From Chiloscyllium plagiosum (lineage: Eukaryota), in the NCBI RefSeq assembly GCF_004010195.1, contig NC_057759.1:4530906-4594905 (forward strand): a DNA stretch of 64,000 bases. Direction: 5' to 3'. Shown piece by piece: positions 1 through 13,314 of the stretch. Numbering within the stretch: the first letter of the stretch is position 1; each line of letters begins with the position of its first letter. The translations under genes were made by a program, and so were the position numbers. The notes beneath the pieces are model-generated. The model did no database searches. It was not told the DNA's origin and saw nothing but the letters and a program-made list of their open reading frames with translations.

Positions 1-280
1 TCTCCCGGGAGCTGATGGTGCTGCGCTTGTTGTAATGGGCCAGGCGGGAAGCCTCCCCCGCGATGCGCTCGAAAATATCGTTGACGAACGAGTTCATGAT
101 GCTCATGGCCTTGGAGGAGATGCCGGTGTCGGGGTGAACCTGCTTCATCACTTTGTAGATGTAGATGGAGTAACTTTCTTTCCTGGACCGCCTCCTCTTC
201 TTACCGCCCTTCGCTGGCGCCCTCTTCACCGTTTTCTTCGCGCCCTTCTTGGCAACTTGACCCTTCTTTTCCTCAGCCAT
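1..280 (-). CDS. H2B: Histone H2B, 3' end truncated by window edge
   Basis: Manual translation from ATG at 280: [93 protein letters not shown]; no stop or frameshift in the visible part. Confidence 0.97.
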   Translation of the reverse strand, partial: MAEEKKGQVAKKGAKKTVKRAPAKGGKKRRRSRKESYSIYIYKVMKQVHPDTGISSKAMSIMNSFVNDIFERIAGEASRLAHYNKRSTISSRE

Positions 281-329
281 AGCGCCGCTCACTCTCAGAT
301 ACAGAATAAGGGAAAGCGGGCTCGGAGCT

Positions 330-435
330 CGCTCTTCATAGACTGACGACGTCATCAATGCTAATATAGGATGGTGGAAAGCCTGGTTTCTGATTGGCTA
401 TTTTGTAGCCATGATAATTTCTCTCTGATTGGTTA
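330..435 (-). promoter_or_regulatory. H2B promoter: variant TATA (TATGAAGA), CRE-like TGACGTCG, octamer-like ATTAGCAT (358-365), two CCAAT boxes (~393, ~428)
   Basis: Motifs read directly upstream of the ATG; same order as in the paralogous promoter at 39417-39474. Confidence 0.7.
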
Positions 436-1399
436 GTCAGGATCTGCAATAACATCGGAAACACAAACTGAAATTTTGTGAAGGGATCAAATTCCGAGCT
501 CACTCTAAAATGTGAGATTCTAATTGTAATGTATTCTGTATCTTTTGATAATGGTTTTCTTTTCTCTTCAATTTTAAAATGGCATCACATTTGTTGTCAA
601 GTGAGAAAATGCACTGCAATCTGACAGGGAGTGTGTTTTACTCCTGGAAATGATGGAACTACTTGACAAATGCATCGTGTTGGAGGAAAGTGGGAGTTAA
701 GAAATGTTCTCTTTTGCTTGTGTTTCTTGCTCTACACTCTCTGAAGGTGAAGGACATTCTACCATCATCTACTCTGTAAACTCCTTTCAGTTATCTTTTC
801 CCCTATTCTTCTTCAAATCTCCAATGAGTATCAGCCAAAGTATTCATACATTATTCAGAATAGCTGCCAGTGTGTGTATCATTGTCAGTTCGATTCTCAT
901 TACCTCAATGACTGAAGGGAACTGATGTACTGTGACCTGTGCCTTTTGCTTTCTGCTGACAACATTAATTTTACTCCCTGACTGTTTGGCTCCTCAATCA
1001 GTGTCAGCAGCCTCCTGCCAATATTTCAGTTCCTGAAATCTTACTTTGCACTACATTAGAATACATATTATTTGGTGCATTTCAGTTTCTAGCAGAATCT
1101 TTTTTAATTATGAACTTTGCTATGTGGATTTTCTCTGAACTTTATTTGGTCACAAGTCATTTGTACTCAATCTGAACTGGTCACTGTTATTTCAGGATTA
1201 GTTTGAACATTGTACTTGTGTGAATTTTAATCGTGACAGTTATTTGTTTTATCACGGTGATTCCCTGCTTACACTGTGAGATAGTGTTGTTCAGAATTTC
1301 AGGTTGGTTAAGGGTTAGTTTACCTCTCGTTATTGGATGTGCAAAACAGGAGTACGGTTTTTGATCTGCCCATGTGAGCTTTCGGGAGGTGAATAATTA

Positions 1400-2401
1400 T
1401 TACTCTCTCACAATCTGTCCCTGTCAGTTTCTGCCATCTGAATGTGCGAGTGTAGTCATCAGTCTGTACCTGTCCGTTCTTCCACAGTGATTACGTTAGC
1501 GTAATTAACACAATCCCAGAATGTCTCTGATGTGAGAATGTGTAAGGGCATTTACCATTGCAGTGTCTATCAGTCTTTGCTATGAGACTGTTTGACTGGC
1601 TTTATCAATCTGTACCCGTTTCTTTCTGCTCAATGAATTTGTCTGTGTAATTTTCAGTCTCCCAATATCAGTCTCTGCTATGTGAATGTGAGAATGTTTT
1701 TATCAGTATTACCTTGTCCATTTCTCTGTTGGGAATATGTCAATGTGGTTATCAACATGTACCTGTCAGCTTCTGTTTTGTGAGTAGCTCAGTTTAGTTA
1801 AACTTTTCCACACAGGTTGTGATGTGTGAATATGGCAGTCAAGTCATCAATCTTCCACAGCCATTATGTTTGTGTAATTATCAGTCTATCCTTTAGGTCT
1901 CTGCTGTGAGAATGTGTAATTGTAGTTGTCAATCTGTCCCTGTCAGTCTTTGTTCTGTGAATGTGAGAGTGTATTTACTAATTGGCCCGTGACAGTTTCT
2001 GCTATGTTAATGGGGGTTTTGTTATCCATGTCTTTATGTTCATTTCTGTTATGTGAATATTTGACTGGCATTATCAATCTGTACCTGTCAGTTTCTGCTC
2101 AGTGAATATGTCTGTGTAATGAACAGTCTATCCCTATCAGTCTCTGCTACATGTCTGTGTGAATGCTTTTATCAGTCTCACCTTGTCAGTTTCTGTGTTG
2201 TAAACATGGTCATCAATCTTTACCTGACATTTTCTGGTTTGTGAATATGAGACTTTGGTTATCAATCTGTACCTGTCTGCTTCCGCTTTATGAATATCTA
2301 AATTTGGCTTAATCTGTTCCTGAATGTTTCTCTAGTGTGCATATAGCAGTGTAGTTATCTATCTGTACCAGTCTGTTTCTGTTATGTGAATATGAGGGCA
2401 A
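1400..2401 (+). repeat. Degenerate ~50-bp tandem repeat array
   Basis: Recurring GTTATCAATCTGTACCTGTCAGTTTCTGCTATGTGAATATGAGAGTGTA-like units about every 47-52 bp. Confidence 0.85.
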
Positions 2402-3389
2402 TTATTAGTTTGAATGATTGTGTGGTTTTAAAAGGTGCATTTTGTCCTGTCCACTGTAGTTAACATGCAATGCAATAAAGAAGAAATTGGAATGACTTAA
2501 CTCTCCTGGAAGACTTAACAGAATAATGGATACAGTATCACTTCCTAATTAACTGTTCCAATACAGTAATATCCCATAAACATCCTTGGCAAAAGACAAA
2601 TTCAATAAAATATATAGTCTCACATCTGACTCCAGTAGCAGAAAGAGAATCTGCAGCTTCTGACTGTAACTGAGAGGAAAAAACTAGCTTTCCTGTCTTC
2701 AAGATGCTGACAGTTTTGCTGAAAGCCAAAACTAAAAATGTCATTCTGTGAGAGCTTGACCACACCCATGCAGGCTGCTTCTGTTGTTCCAACTTTAAAA
2801 GGAGCCTCAAACTGTTTACTCTAGTGCAGACTTCTTGACACTTCTGCCATAAAACCTCTCTTCAACAAGAAAGAAAGAACAAAATAAATATCTTCAAGCC
2901 ACAATATCATCAAACCTTCCACTCCTCTTAAAAAGAACCAATCAATATACAGAGATGGCCTAATTTTTAAAAACTCCTTAGCCTTACATTGTTAGTAAAC
3001 AATATGTACACATTTCGTTGACTGTAAGCATGCAAACACTCACTACGACAGTTCATTTTTTCCTGCTATGTATCGCTTCCGTCTTTGTTCATCAAAGTCA
3101 CAACAACACCTTGGCAATTAGGTTCTCTCGTCCTGCCATGTATGTAATTTGCAAATTGAAGACTGCAATAATAAGCTTCATCTAAACAGTCTGTAATTTT
3201 TGTTCTTAAATTTCTCCAAAAACAATAAACTCAAGGTGTCCTTCTCAAACATGAAGTATTTCTGTTGATGAGTCTTCAGCTTTCTGTAAAGATGCCCAAA
3301 CTGTCTGCTCTCATGGCTCAGGGTCTCTGCCTTAAATTTGCTCTTCAAGAACAAAAAGACAAAAACCTGTTAAAGCCACAGTCTCAATC

Positions 3390-4170
3390 TCTCATTTCCT
3401 GCATTGTGGATATGAAAATTCATTTATCGACCTGTACCTGTCCATTCTTGTCACATGAACATGTAAATGTTGTCATTAATGTGTCCCTGTCAGTGATTGC
3501 AATACAAGCGCTTGACTGTTGTTATAAATCTACCCTCTCAGTTTCTGCTGTGTGCATGTGAGTTTAGTTATCAAACTATACCTGTCAGTTCATGTTCTGT
3601 GAAATGGGAGCATTATCAACTTGTTCCTGTCAGTTTCTGCATTGTGAATATGGGAGTGCACTTATTAATCTTTCTAGGACAGTTACTATTGTGCAAAAGA
3701 ATGAGTGTACTTACCTATCTGTCCGTGTCAGTTTCCGACAACTGAATGTAATTTTAGCTATCCTAAAGTACCTGTCAGTTTGTCTTTTATCTCTGGGAAT
3801 GAGAGTGTCACCTTCAGTCTCTACCTGACAGCAATTGAGTTTGGTTATTGATCTGTAATGCCACTTTCCTGATAGGTGAACATTTGAGCACAGTTATTCA
3901 TCTGTAGGTGATACTTTCTGATATCTGAATATGAAAGTGTAGTTGTCAACCCATTCCTGTTGGTATGTGCAATGAAAATAAGAGAGTGTGTGTCACTTTC
4001 TGTCATGTGAATATCTGAGTGTTATGAATCTATCCATGACCGTGCCTGAAAAAGATAGTGTGTGTAACTGCCCTGTTAATACATGTGTCATCATCAATGC
4101 ATTTTTGCTTGTTTCTGCAAAGTGAACGAGTGAACAAAGGTATCAATGCATGCCTGTCAGTTTCTATTTG
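3390..4170 (+). repeat. Degenerate ~50-bp tandem repeat array (continued)
   Basis: Same ATCAATCTGT.CCTGTCAGTTTCTG...GTGAATATG unit. Confidence 0.8.
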
Positions 4171-6169
4171 GTAAAGGGATGTATACCTCTGGCAGCCACT
4201 GATATTTTCAGGGAGGGTGTGATTCGTTATGTGATACTTGTTATGAGGGCGATTGTAGGCAGATCTGTTTCAGTTCGTGAGTGCATATTTTGGACAAGAA
4301 TTCAGCCTTTCCAGTTTCAAAATTGTGCAAATATCACTGAGCTGTGAATGGTGAATTTGTTCAAATTGGACACATGTATATTGTGAACTGTGAGAAAGAA
4401 ACAAACTGATATTTTCTCAATTGTTTGAACATCTCTCTCTCAAACTGAGCTCAATGTGTCGCTGACTCAATTCGCTCTGACAGTGGAAAGAATGTTCTTC
4501 GCCCTGAGTGCACTAACATACCTGCTGTTTGTTAGAAGCAGCTGGTCACACTTGGCTCTGTACCGAGGGAATATTACATTGTCTTGGTCCTTCAAGTATT
4601 TGCCTGGAGGAAGACAGAAGTGAAATCTCGTGTAAATCACCATCAGCCACGTTTGACCATCTTTTACTGATCAATGCAACATTCTGTTAATAATCATGAG
4701 GATATTGTATTTAAAGCCAGGAATTCAAACAGAACAGCAAGTCTGATTCTACTCTTGCTCCATGTCTGGTGATTTTTCTTTTTGTTAATACAATACCAAT
4801 TGACTGAGGTCCAGAAACTAACCAATAACTATACAGCTCCATGAATGGGACTATCCAATGTAAGTGGGTCTGTGAATATGAGTTTAATTATTGAACTATT
4901 CATGTCAATTTCTACTTTGTGAATAACAACCACACTCTCACATTCTGTCCTTCTAAGCCTTGCTTAAATTACTTATGTATTCAAATAACAGTGACTCACA
5001 GCGGCAGATTGATAGAGAACTATAGATCCATTGAAATGACATTGCACATAAGAGGGCCATTTGGCTTATCTTGTACATTCCAACCCAAAGACACCAGATG
5101 GCCATTTAATCCCATCTTCCTGTTAACAGCCCATAACCCTGCAGCTGAGAGTACTGCCTATTTCTGCAATCTGAATTTATTTTTCAATTTGTTCCTGCCA
5201 GTCTCTGTTTCACGGATATGTCAATGTAGCTATCAATTTGGACCTGTCAATTTTTCCTGTATGAATATTTGAATGGAGTTATCCATCTCTACTTTAAATG
5301 TCAAAATACAGTTATAAATACATATTTGTCAGTCTCTACAATGTGAATGTGTGAGTTTATTGAGCAGCCTATCCCTGTCAGTTTCTGGTCTGTTAATCTG
5401 AGAGTGTCAGTAATAACCTGTAACTGTCAGTTTTTGGTTTGTTAATAGATGAATGCATTTTTCAACATATACCTGCCAGTTTCAGTCAGTGTGCATGTGG
5501 GAGTGCTGATATCAATCTGTACCTGTCAGATTTTGCTGTGTGAATGTGACTGTCATTTTCAGTCTCTGTCAATTCTGGCATGTGAATAAGAGAATGTCAA
5601 TCAATGTGTTGCTGTCAGATGCTGCAATGAGAATGTGTGACTGTAGTTATCAATCTGTCCATTTCACTTTTTGCTATATGCATACAGGTGTGCAGTTATC
5701 AATCTGTACCTAACAGTTTCTGCTCTGTGTCTGTGGGTGTATTTATCAATCTATTGCTGTCAGTGTTTGCAATGTGAAAGTAAATTGATCAATCTTTCCT
5801 CATTAGTTTCTGTTCTCTAAATCAGAGTGTTTAATTATCAATGAGTAACTGTCAGTTTTTGGCTTTGTGAATGTGTAAAGGCATTTATCATTCCGTACCT
5901 ATCAGATTCTGCTTTGAGTTTTTCTGAGAGTGTAGTTTAATCTGTCCCTGTCAGAATCTGTAAATGTAATTACCAATCCATACCTGTCAGTTTTCTGGCT
6001 GAATATGTGTGTGAAAATGTCAGTCTATCCCCGACCAATTCCGTTGTGTCAATATGAGAAATTCGGAAGCAATGCTTCCTGTCAGTCTCTGCAATGTGAA
6101 TATGTGAGTGTATTTATCAATATTTCCCTGACAGTTTCAGCTCAGTGAGACAGTGTTGTGATCAATACA

Positions 6170-6274
6170 GGTAGAATCCTGATGAAGGGCTTTTGCTCGA
6201 AACGTCGATTTTACTGCTCCTCGGATGCTTCCTGAACTGCTGCGCTTTTCCAGCACCATTCTAATATAGACTTA
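6170..6274 (+). mobile_element. Short Penelope-derived insertion carrying a hammerhead motif
   Basis: Flanked by 9-bp direct repeat ATCAATACA (6161-6169 / 6275-6283); similar to the terminal repeat at 18710-18840. Confidence 0.75.
6175..6210 (+). ncRNA. Minimal type I hammerhead ribozyme motif
   Basis: AAUC-CUGAUGA-A-GGGC(UUUU)GCUC-GAAA-C-GUC-GAUU: helix I AAUC/GAUU, stem II with one G-U pair, palindromic ACGU helix III. Confidence 0.8.
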
Positions 6275-7689
6275 ATCAATACATTCTGCTCTATGAATAT
6301 TTGAGTGTCTTTATCAAATTATACTTGTCAGAAAATATTTTATGCATATACAGAAGTTTAGCAGTCAGTTTTGTCAATGTGAATATGTAAGCACAGGTTT
6401 GAATCTATGCATATCTGTTTCTGCCAAGTCAAAATGAGAGTGCAGTTTTCAATCTCTACCTGTCAGATTCTGAGTGAAATTGAGTGTACTTATCAAACTG
6501 TATCTGAGAGTTTATGTTAAGTGAAAGTGGAAGTGTTGTTATTAAATTGTACCTGTAATTTTCTGTTATGTGACTAGAAGAGTGTAACTTCCAATCTGTC
6601 CCTGTCAGTGTCTCCTCCATATATCCGAGGAAGTAATTAAATTATACCTGCCAGTTTTTGCTATGTGACTGAGAGTGTACATCTCAACCAATATCTGGCA
6701 GTATGAGTTATGAGAATGAGAGTGTTGCTATCAGTGTACCAGTCAGTTTCTGCTTGGTACATATATCAATCATTCGTTGTCAGAATCTGTGTTGTGAATA
6801 TGTAAATGAGGTTATCAATTTGTAAACCTGTCAGTTTCAGGCATGTACATATGGAAGTATACCTGTCAGATTCTGCTCTGCTAATATGCTGCAGTTATCA
6901 ATATGTCTTTGCTTTGTGAACATCCAAATGTAGTTATTAATATGGACATGTCAGTTTCCATTATGTGAATGCGTATGTGGATTTTCTAACCTACCCCTGC
7001 GAGTTTCTGCTCTCTGTCTATGAGAGTGTTGACATGAACATGTAGCTGTAAGTTTCTGGTTTGGTAACGTTCGAATGCCGTTATCAAAATGTATGTCAGT
7101 TTCTGTGATGTGAATGTGTCAGTCCAGTTATAAACTTATGACTGTAACTTTCTGTTCTGGGAATATGTAAGTGGTGGTTATCATCTGTACCTGTTAGTTT
7201 CTGCTTCATAAATGAATGAGGGTAGTCACCAACCTGTTCCTCTCAGTTTGTGCTGTGAATGTGTCAGTGTAGTTATCAGTCTGCATCTGTCAATTTCTGC
7301 GAGGTGAATGAGAGAGTGTAGTTCCTAATATGTACCTGTGAGATTCTGATCTGTTATGTTTGAATATCATTATCAAACTGTACATGACAGTGTGTTAATC
7401 CCTCTGTGAACTTGGAAGTGTAGTAATAAATATTTATCTGTTCGGTTATGCTGTGGGACAGTTCTTGTCAGTTTCCTCCGAGTGAGTGTAGTTATCCATC
7501 TGTGCCGGTCAGTTTCTGTATGTGAATGTATGAGTGCAAGTATCAATCTGTGGGTCTCAGTTTCTGCTACGTCAATAAGCGAGTGTATATATTAGAGTCT
7601 AGTTATCAACCAGTAACTTTCAGGTTGTAGAGACATAAAGCACTGACCAGATACCCTAAACTAATCAAATCTTATTTGCTAGCATGCAG

Positions 7690-9110
7690 TCATAGAGATT
7701 TTTTAGCATAGAAACAGACCCTTCGGTCCAACCAGTCCATGCCGACCAGATATCCCAACCCAATCTAGCCCCTTCTGCCTGCACCTTGCCCATATCCCTC
7801 CAAAACCTTACTATTCATATACCCATTCAAATACCTTTTAAGAGTTGCAATTGTACCAGCCTCCACCACTTCTTCTGGCAGCTCATTACATATCCGCACC
7901 ACCCTCTGTGAGAAAAAGTTGCCTCTTAGGTCTCTTTTATATCTTTCCCCTCTCACCCTAAACCTATGCCCTCTAGTTCTGGACTCCCCAACCCCAGCAA
8001 AAAGACTTTGCCTATTTACCCTATCCATACCCCTCATAATTTTGTAAACCTCTATAAGGTCACCACTCAGCCTCCGACACTCCAGGGAAAACAGCCACAG
8101 GCTGCTCATCCTCTCCTTATAGCTCAAATTCTCCAACCCTGGCATCATTCTAGTAAATCTTTTCTGAACCCTTTCAGGTTTCACAACATCTTTCCAATAG
8201 GAAGGAGACCAGAACTGCATGCAATAATTCAACAGGGGCCTAACCAATGTCCTGTACAGCCGCAACATGACCTCCCAACTCCTGTATTCAATACTCTGAA
8301 CAATAAAAGAAAGCAGACCAAACACCTTTTTCACTATCCTATCTACCTGTGACTCCACTTTCAAGGAGCTATGAACCTGCAATCCATGGTTCAGCAACAC
8401 TCGCTAGGACCTTAACATTAATTGTTTAAGTCCTGCTAAGACTTGCTTTCCCAAAATGCAGCACCTCGCATTTATCTGAATTAAACTCCATCTGTCACTT
8501 CTCAGCCCATTGGCCCATCTGGTCAAGATCCTGTTGTAATCTGAGGTAACCCTCTTCGCTGTCCATTACACCTCCAAGTTTGGTGTCATTTGCAAACTTA
8601 CTAACTGTACCTCTTATGTTCGCATCTAAATCATTTATGTAAATGACAAGAAGTAGAGGACCCAGCACCAATCCTTGTGGCACTCCACTGGTCACAGGTC
8701 TCCAGTCTGAAAAACAACTCTCCACCCTCTGTCTTCCACCTTTGAGCCAGTTCTATATCCAAATGTCTAGTTCTCCCTGTATTCCATGAGATCTAAGCTT
8801 GCTATGGTTCGACAAGGTTCCCCATGGGGAACCTTGTCGAACACCTACTGAAGTCCATATAGATCACATCTACCGCTCTGCCCTCATCAATCCTATTTGT
8901 TACTTCTTCAAAACATTCAATCAAGTTTGTGAGACATGATTTCCCATGCACAAAGCCATGTTGACTATCCCTAATCAGTCCTTGCCTTTCCAAATACATG
9001 TATATCCTATCTCTCAGGATTACCTCCAACAACTTGCCCACCACCGACATCAGACTCGCTATAGTTCCCCGGCCTGTCCTTACCACCCTTCTTAAACAGT
9101 AGCACCACGT
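7690..9110 (-). mobile_element. CR1-clade LINE, 3' part (RT and 3' UTR), disrupted
   Basis: ORFs 8802-9086, 8495-8725 (SGVPQG..LGPLL..YINDL..KFANDTK) and 7765-8400 (LYRTLVRP.L.YC.QFWSP). Confidence 0.92.
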
Positions 9111-10689
9111 GCAGAGGTGTTGGAAATCCTGGAAAAGGTGAAAATAGATAAGTCCCCTGGGCCTGATGGCATTTATCCTAGGATTCTCTGGGAAGCAAGG
9201 GAGGAGATTGCAGAGCCATTGGCCTTGATGTTTATGTCCTCTTTGTCTACAGGAGTAGTGCCAGAAGACTGGAGGATAGCAAATGTGGTTCCCTTGTTCA
9301 AAAAGGGGAGTAGGGATAACCCTAGTAACTATAGGCCGGTGAGTCTCACTTCTGTTGTGGGCAAAGTCTTAGAGAGAATTGTAAGGGATAGGATTTATGA
9401 ACATCTGGATAGGAATAATGTGATCAAGGATAGTCAGCATGGTTTTGTGAAGGGCAAGTCGTGCCTCACAAACCTTATTGAATTCTTTGAAAAGATGACG
9501 AAGGAGGTTGATGAGGGGAAAGCGGTAGATGTGGTATATATGGACTTTAGTAAGGCGTTTGATAAGGTTCCCCATGGTAAACTACTGCAAAAAATACGGA
9601 GGCATGGCATTGAGGGTGAGTTGGAGGTTTGGACTAGGAATTGGCTGGATGGAAGAAGACAGAGGGTAGTAGTTGATGGCAAAGTTTCTTCATGGAGTGC
9701 CGTCACTAGCGGTGTTCCGCAAGGATCTGTTTTGGGACCATTGCTGTTTGTCATTTTTATAAATGACCTGGAAGAGGGGTTAGAAGGTTGGGTAAGCAAG
9801 TTTGCGGATGATACGAAAGTCGGAGGAGTTGTTGACAGTGAGGAAGCATATGGCAGGTTACAGCAGGATATAGAGAAGCTGCAGAGCTGGGCAGAAAGGT
9901 GGCAAATGGAATTCAATGTAGCTAAGTGTGAGGTGATTCACTTTGGGAAGAATAACATAAAGATGGGGTACTGGGCTAATGGTTGGATACTTGGTAGTGT
10001 GGATGAGCAGAGGGATCTTGGTGTCCATGTACACAGATCTCTGAAAGTTGCCACCCAGGTAAATAGTGCGGTGAGGAAGGCATATGGCGTACTGGCTTTT
10101 ATTGGTAGAGGAATTGAGTTCCGGAGTCCTGAGGTCATGATGCAGTTGTATAAGACTCTGGTGCGGCCGCATCTGGAATATTGTGTGCAGTTTTGGTCGC
10201 CATATTATAGGAAGGATGTGGAGGCACTGGAACGGGTGCAGAGGAGGTTTACCAGGATGTTGCCTGGTATGGAAGGAAGATCGTATGAGGAAAGACTGAG
10301 ACACTTGGGGCTGTTTTCATTAGAGAAAAGAAGGTTTAGGGGTGACTTGATTGAGGTGTACAAGATGATTAGGGGGTTAGATAGGGTTGACAGTGTGAAC
10401 CTTTTCCCGCGTATGGAGTCGGGTATTACAAGAGGGCATAGCTATAAATTAAGGTGGGGGGGGTAGATATAGGACTGAAGTTAGGGGTAGGTTCTTCACT
10501 CAGCGAGTCGTAAGTTCATGGAATGCCCTGCCAGTAGCAGTGGTGGACTCTCCCTCTTTATGGGCATTTAAGCGGGCATTGGATAGGTATATGGAGGCTA
10601 GTGGGTTAGTATAGGTTAGGTGGGCTTGGATCGGCGCAACATCGAGGGCCAAAGGACCTGTACTGCGCTGTATTCTTCTATGTTCTATG
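9111..10689 (+). mobile_element. Young 5'-truncated CR1 LINE with uninterrupted 449-aa RT frame, nested in the - strand CR1
   Basis: ORF 9117-10466 with KSPGPDG, YRPVSLTS, QHGF, DFSKAFDKV, GVPQGSVLGP, FADD; (TTCTATG)n tail ending ~10689; host LINE resumes at 10690. Confidence 0.95.
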
Positions 10690-11300
10690 TATGCCATCCT
10701 CCAGTCTTCCGGCACCTCACCTGTGACTATCGATGATACAAGTATCTCAGCAAGAGACCCAGCAATCACTTCTCTAGATTCCCACAGAGTTCTCAGGTAC
10801 ACCTGATCAGGTCCTGGGATTTATGCACCTTTACATTTCAAGACATCCAGCACTTCCTCCTCTGTAATATGAACATTTTGCAAGATGTCACCATCTATTT
10901 CCCTACAGTCTATCTTCCATATCCTTTTCCACAGTAAATACTGATGCAAAATACTCATTTAGTATCTCCCCCATTTTCTGCGCTTCCACACAAAGGTCAC
11001 CTTGCTGATCTTTGAGGTGCCCTATTCTCTCCCTCGTTACCCTTTTATCCTTAATGTATTTGTAAAAACCCTTTGGATTCTCCTTAATTCTATTTGCCAA
11101 AGCTATCTCACATCCCCTTTTTGACCTCCTGAGTTCCCTCTTACTATTCTAAGGATTCACTCAATTTATCCTGTCTATACCTGACATATGCTTCCTTCTT
11201 TTTCTTAACCAAAACCTCAATTTCTTTAGTCATCCAGCATTCCCTATATCTCCCAGCCTTTCCATTCCCCCTAACAGGAATATACCTTCTCTGGATTCTA
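10690..11300 (-). mobile_element. Upstream continuation of the interrupted CR1 LINE
   Basis: MANRIKENPKGFYKYIKDKR and GEVPEDWR motifs continue the 7690-9110 element. Confidence 0.88.
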
Positions 11301-11900
11301 AATTTGGCACATACCCCTTTAAATCCTTCCTGTTCATTTACCCATTCGGGTTCCTTTTAAATGTTGTAATTGGTCCCACCTTTATCTCTTCCTCTGGAAG
11401 CTCATTCTATATGCACATCACCCTCTGCATGAAAAGGTTGTTCCTCGGGTTATTTTTTGAATCTTTGCCCTCTCACCTTAAACCTGTGCCCTCTATGCTC
11501 CCTCACCCAAGGAAAAAGACCTTGGCTTTTCATCCTATCGATGCCTCTCATGATTTTATAAGCAGCTGTAAAAATCATCCCTCAGCTTCCGATACTCCAG
11601 GGGAAAAAGCCCCAGCCTATTCAGCCTCTCCCAATAATTCAAACCCTCTAATCCTGATAGCATCTCTGTCAATTTTTTGCACCCTCTTAAGATTAACAAT
11701 ATCCTTCCTATAGCAGTGTGACCCGAATTGTACGCAGTCCTCTAAAAGTGCCCGAACCAATGTCCTACGCAGCCCTAACGTGTTGTCCCAGCTCCTAAAC
11801 TCAATGCGCTTACTAAAGGAGACAAGCATGCCAAACACCTTTTTTACAACCTTTTCTAACCGCCATTTCACTTTCAAGCAGCTGTTCTTATGCACCTGAT
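11300..11900 (-). mobile_element. Older CR1 3' fragment
   Basis: ORF 11617-11895 RTLVRALLEDCVQFGSHCYRKD. Confidence 0.75.
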
Positions 11901-13314
11901 GATCTTATACAGTTAATGGTAGGACCATGGGGAGTGTTGCCAAACAATAAGTCCTGCCCTGTTTTGAGCTATGAGAATGTCTCTGTAACTACATTCTCTC
12001 TCTGTCAGCTTCTGCAATATGAATATGTGGGAGCAGCTTCGTCAGTTTCTGCTGTGACTGTGAGAGTGAAGTTCTCAATCTGTATTAATCAGTTTCTACT
12101 CTTGCATACCAATTTGGCTTAATTCCCTGGCAACCACTAATATTTTCCGTGACTGTGATTTATTCCATTGGAGAAGTTATGAGGATGTTGAAATGGGGTC
12201 TTTATCTTAACCTCTAAGCATTTTGTGAATTCTGAGTTTTTGCTTAGTCTGTGGGTTAAGGAAGAGGAGAGCAGACGGGTTCAGAATCCCAGTTATTACT
12301 AAATCTTGTATGCAGAACAGTAAAATAATAGAATGGGATAAATGGCCTGCGTCTGTGCTGTACCAATTCTGTGATTCAGATGAATAAAAGACAATCACAT
12401 CCTATTGTACAGAGTATCAGTATAAAACTATCATGTAGCAATGGACAGATCAGCTTATTTTTTTAAAAAATGCTGGTCCTGTCAATCAGTGTAGAAAGTT
12501 TCCTTGCTTAGGGTTCTGTGTTATCACTGAGACATTTGGTTTCGACTTGAACGTAGACATTGTTGAAGTTTCTTTTGTTTGAAAATGAGATTTATTCTGC
12601 ATTTGTCTATTCATCCTGCATTTTTTTTATTGTTGCACATTATTTAATTATTGTGTCTTCAGTGCCGTTTCCCCTTGCTGTGGAGCATATGAACATTCGT
12701 GAGTCATTTTTCAGCTGTTTCTATTTCTTGAAGTTACACTTTAACACTTGATCAGTTCCGGAGCCACCATTCACGGTGGGATATGAACAGTGAATATTAC
12801 CCCCGGAAACGAAAAAGAAACGTGCCCCCGTCTTTGACTACGAAGAGAAGATGCATCTTACGATTGGCGGTCTAAGTCTTTAGTTCTATGCCTGGTCGAC
12901 TCGAACCTGGATCTCTGGCGCTGTTTTGTCTGATTTCAGATTGCAGTAAATGAGGCTTTCTGCTGTCGGTGAGAGATTTTCAAAATGAAGCGAGATCAAA
13001 CCAGAGCAGCTGCAGGACTGGGATGGCAAATGTGGAGGTTTTGCTGATGTCAGAACTAGTGCCAAAGGGCTGGGCGACATTAAAATATTGTCTAAAGACG
13101 ATTAATATGCTCACCCGGAAGAACGTTCTATGATGTTTAATCAACATACCGGAGTGTTTTTGAAATGTAAAATGAAGAGATTAATTGCATATTGCAGTTC
13201 CTGGCACTTCTTTTGTGTTTGTGCCAATTCTTCAGGTCCAGAAAAGAAACAAAAATGTAGAAAGAGATAGATGCGGTTAGGCAAATGGATGAGCGAGAGA
13301 GATTGTCTGAAGTA

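Larger units (their letters stand above)
5190..7620 (+). repeat. Degenerate ~50-bp tandem repeat array, largest block
   Basis: Units start for example at 5646, 5695 and 5742 (period 47-49 bp). Confidence 0.85.

Noticed and set aside
35..346. ORF 35-346 (+), and likewise 39461-39733, 39582-39929 and 41978-42538 (-)
   Set aside because: Antisense shadows of GC-rich histone coding sequence.
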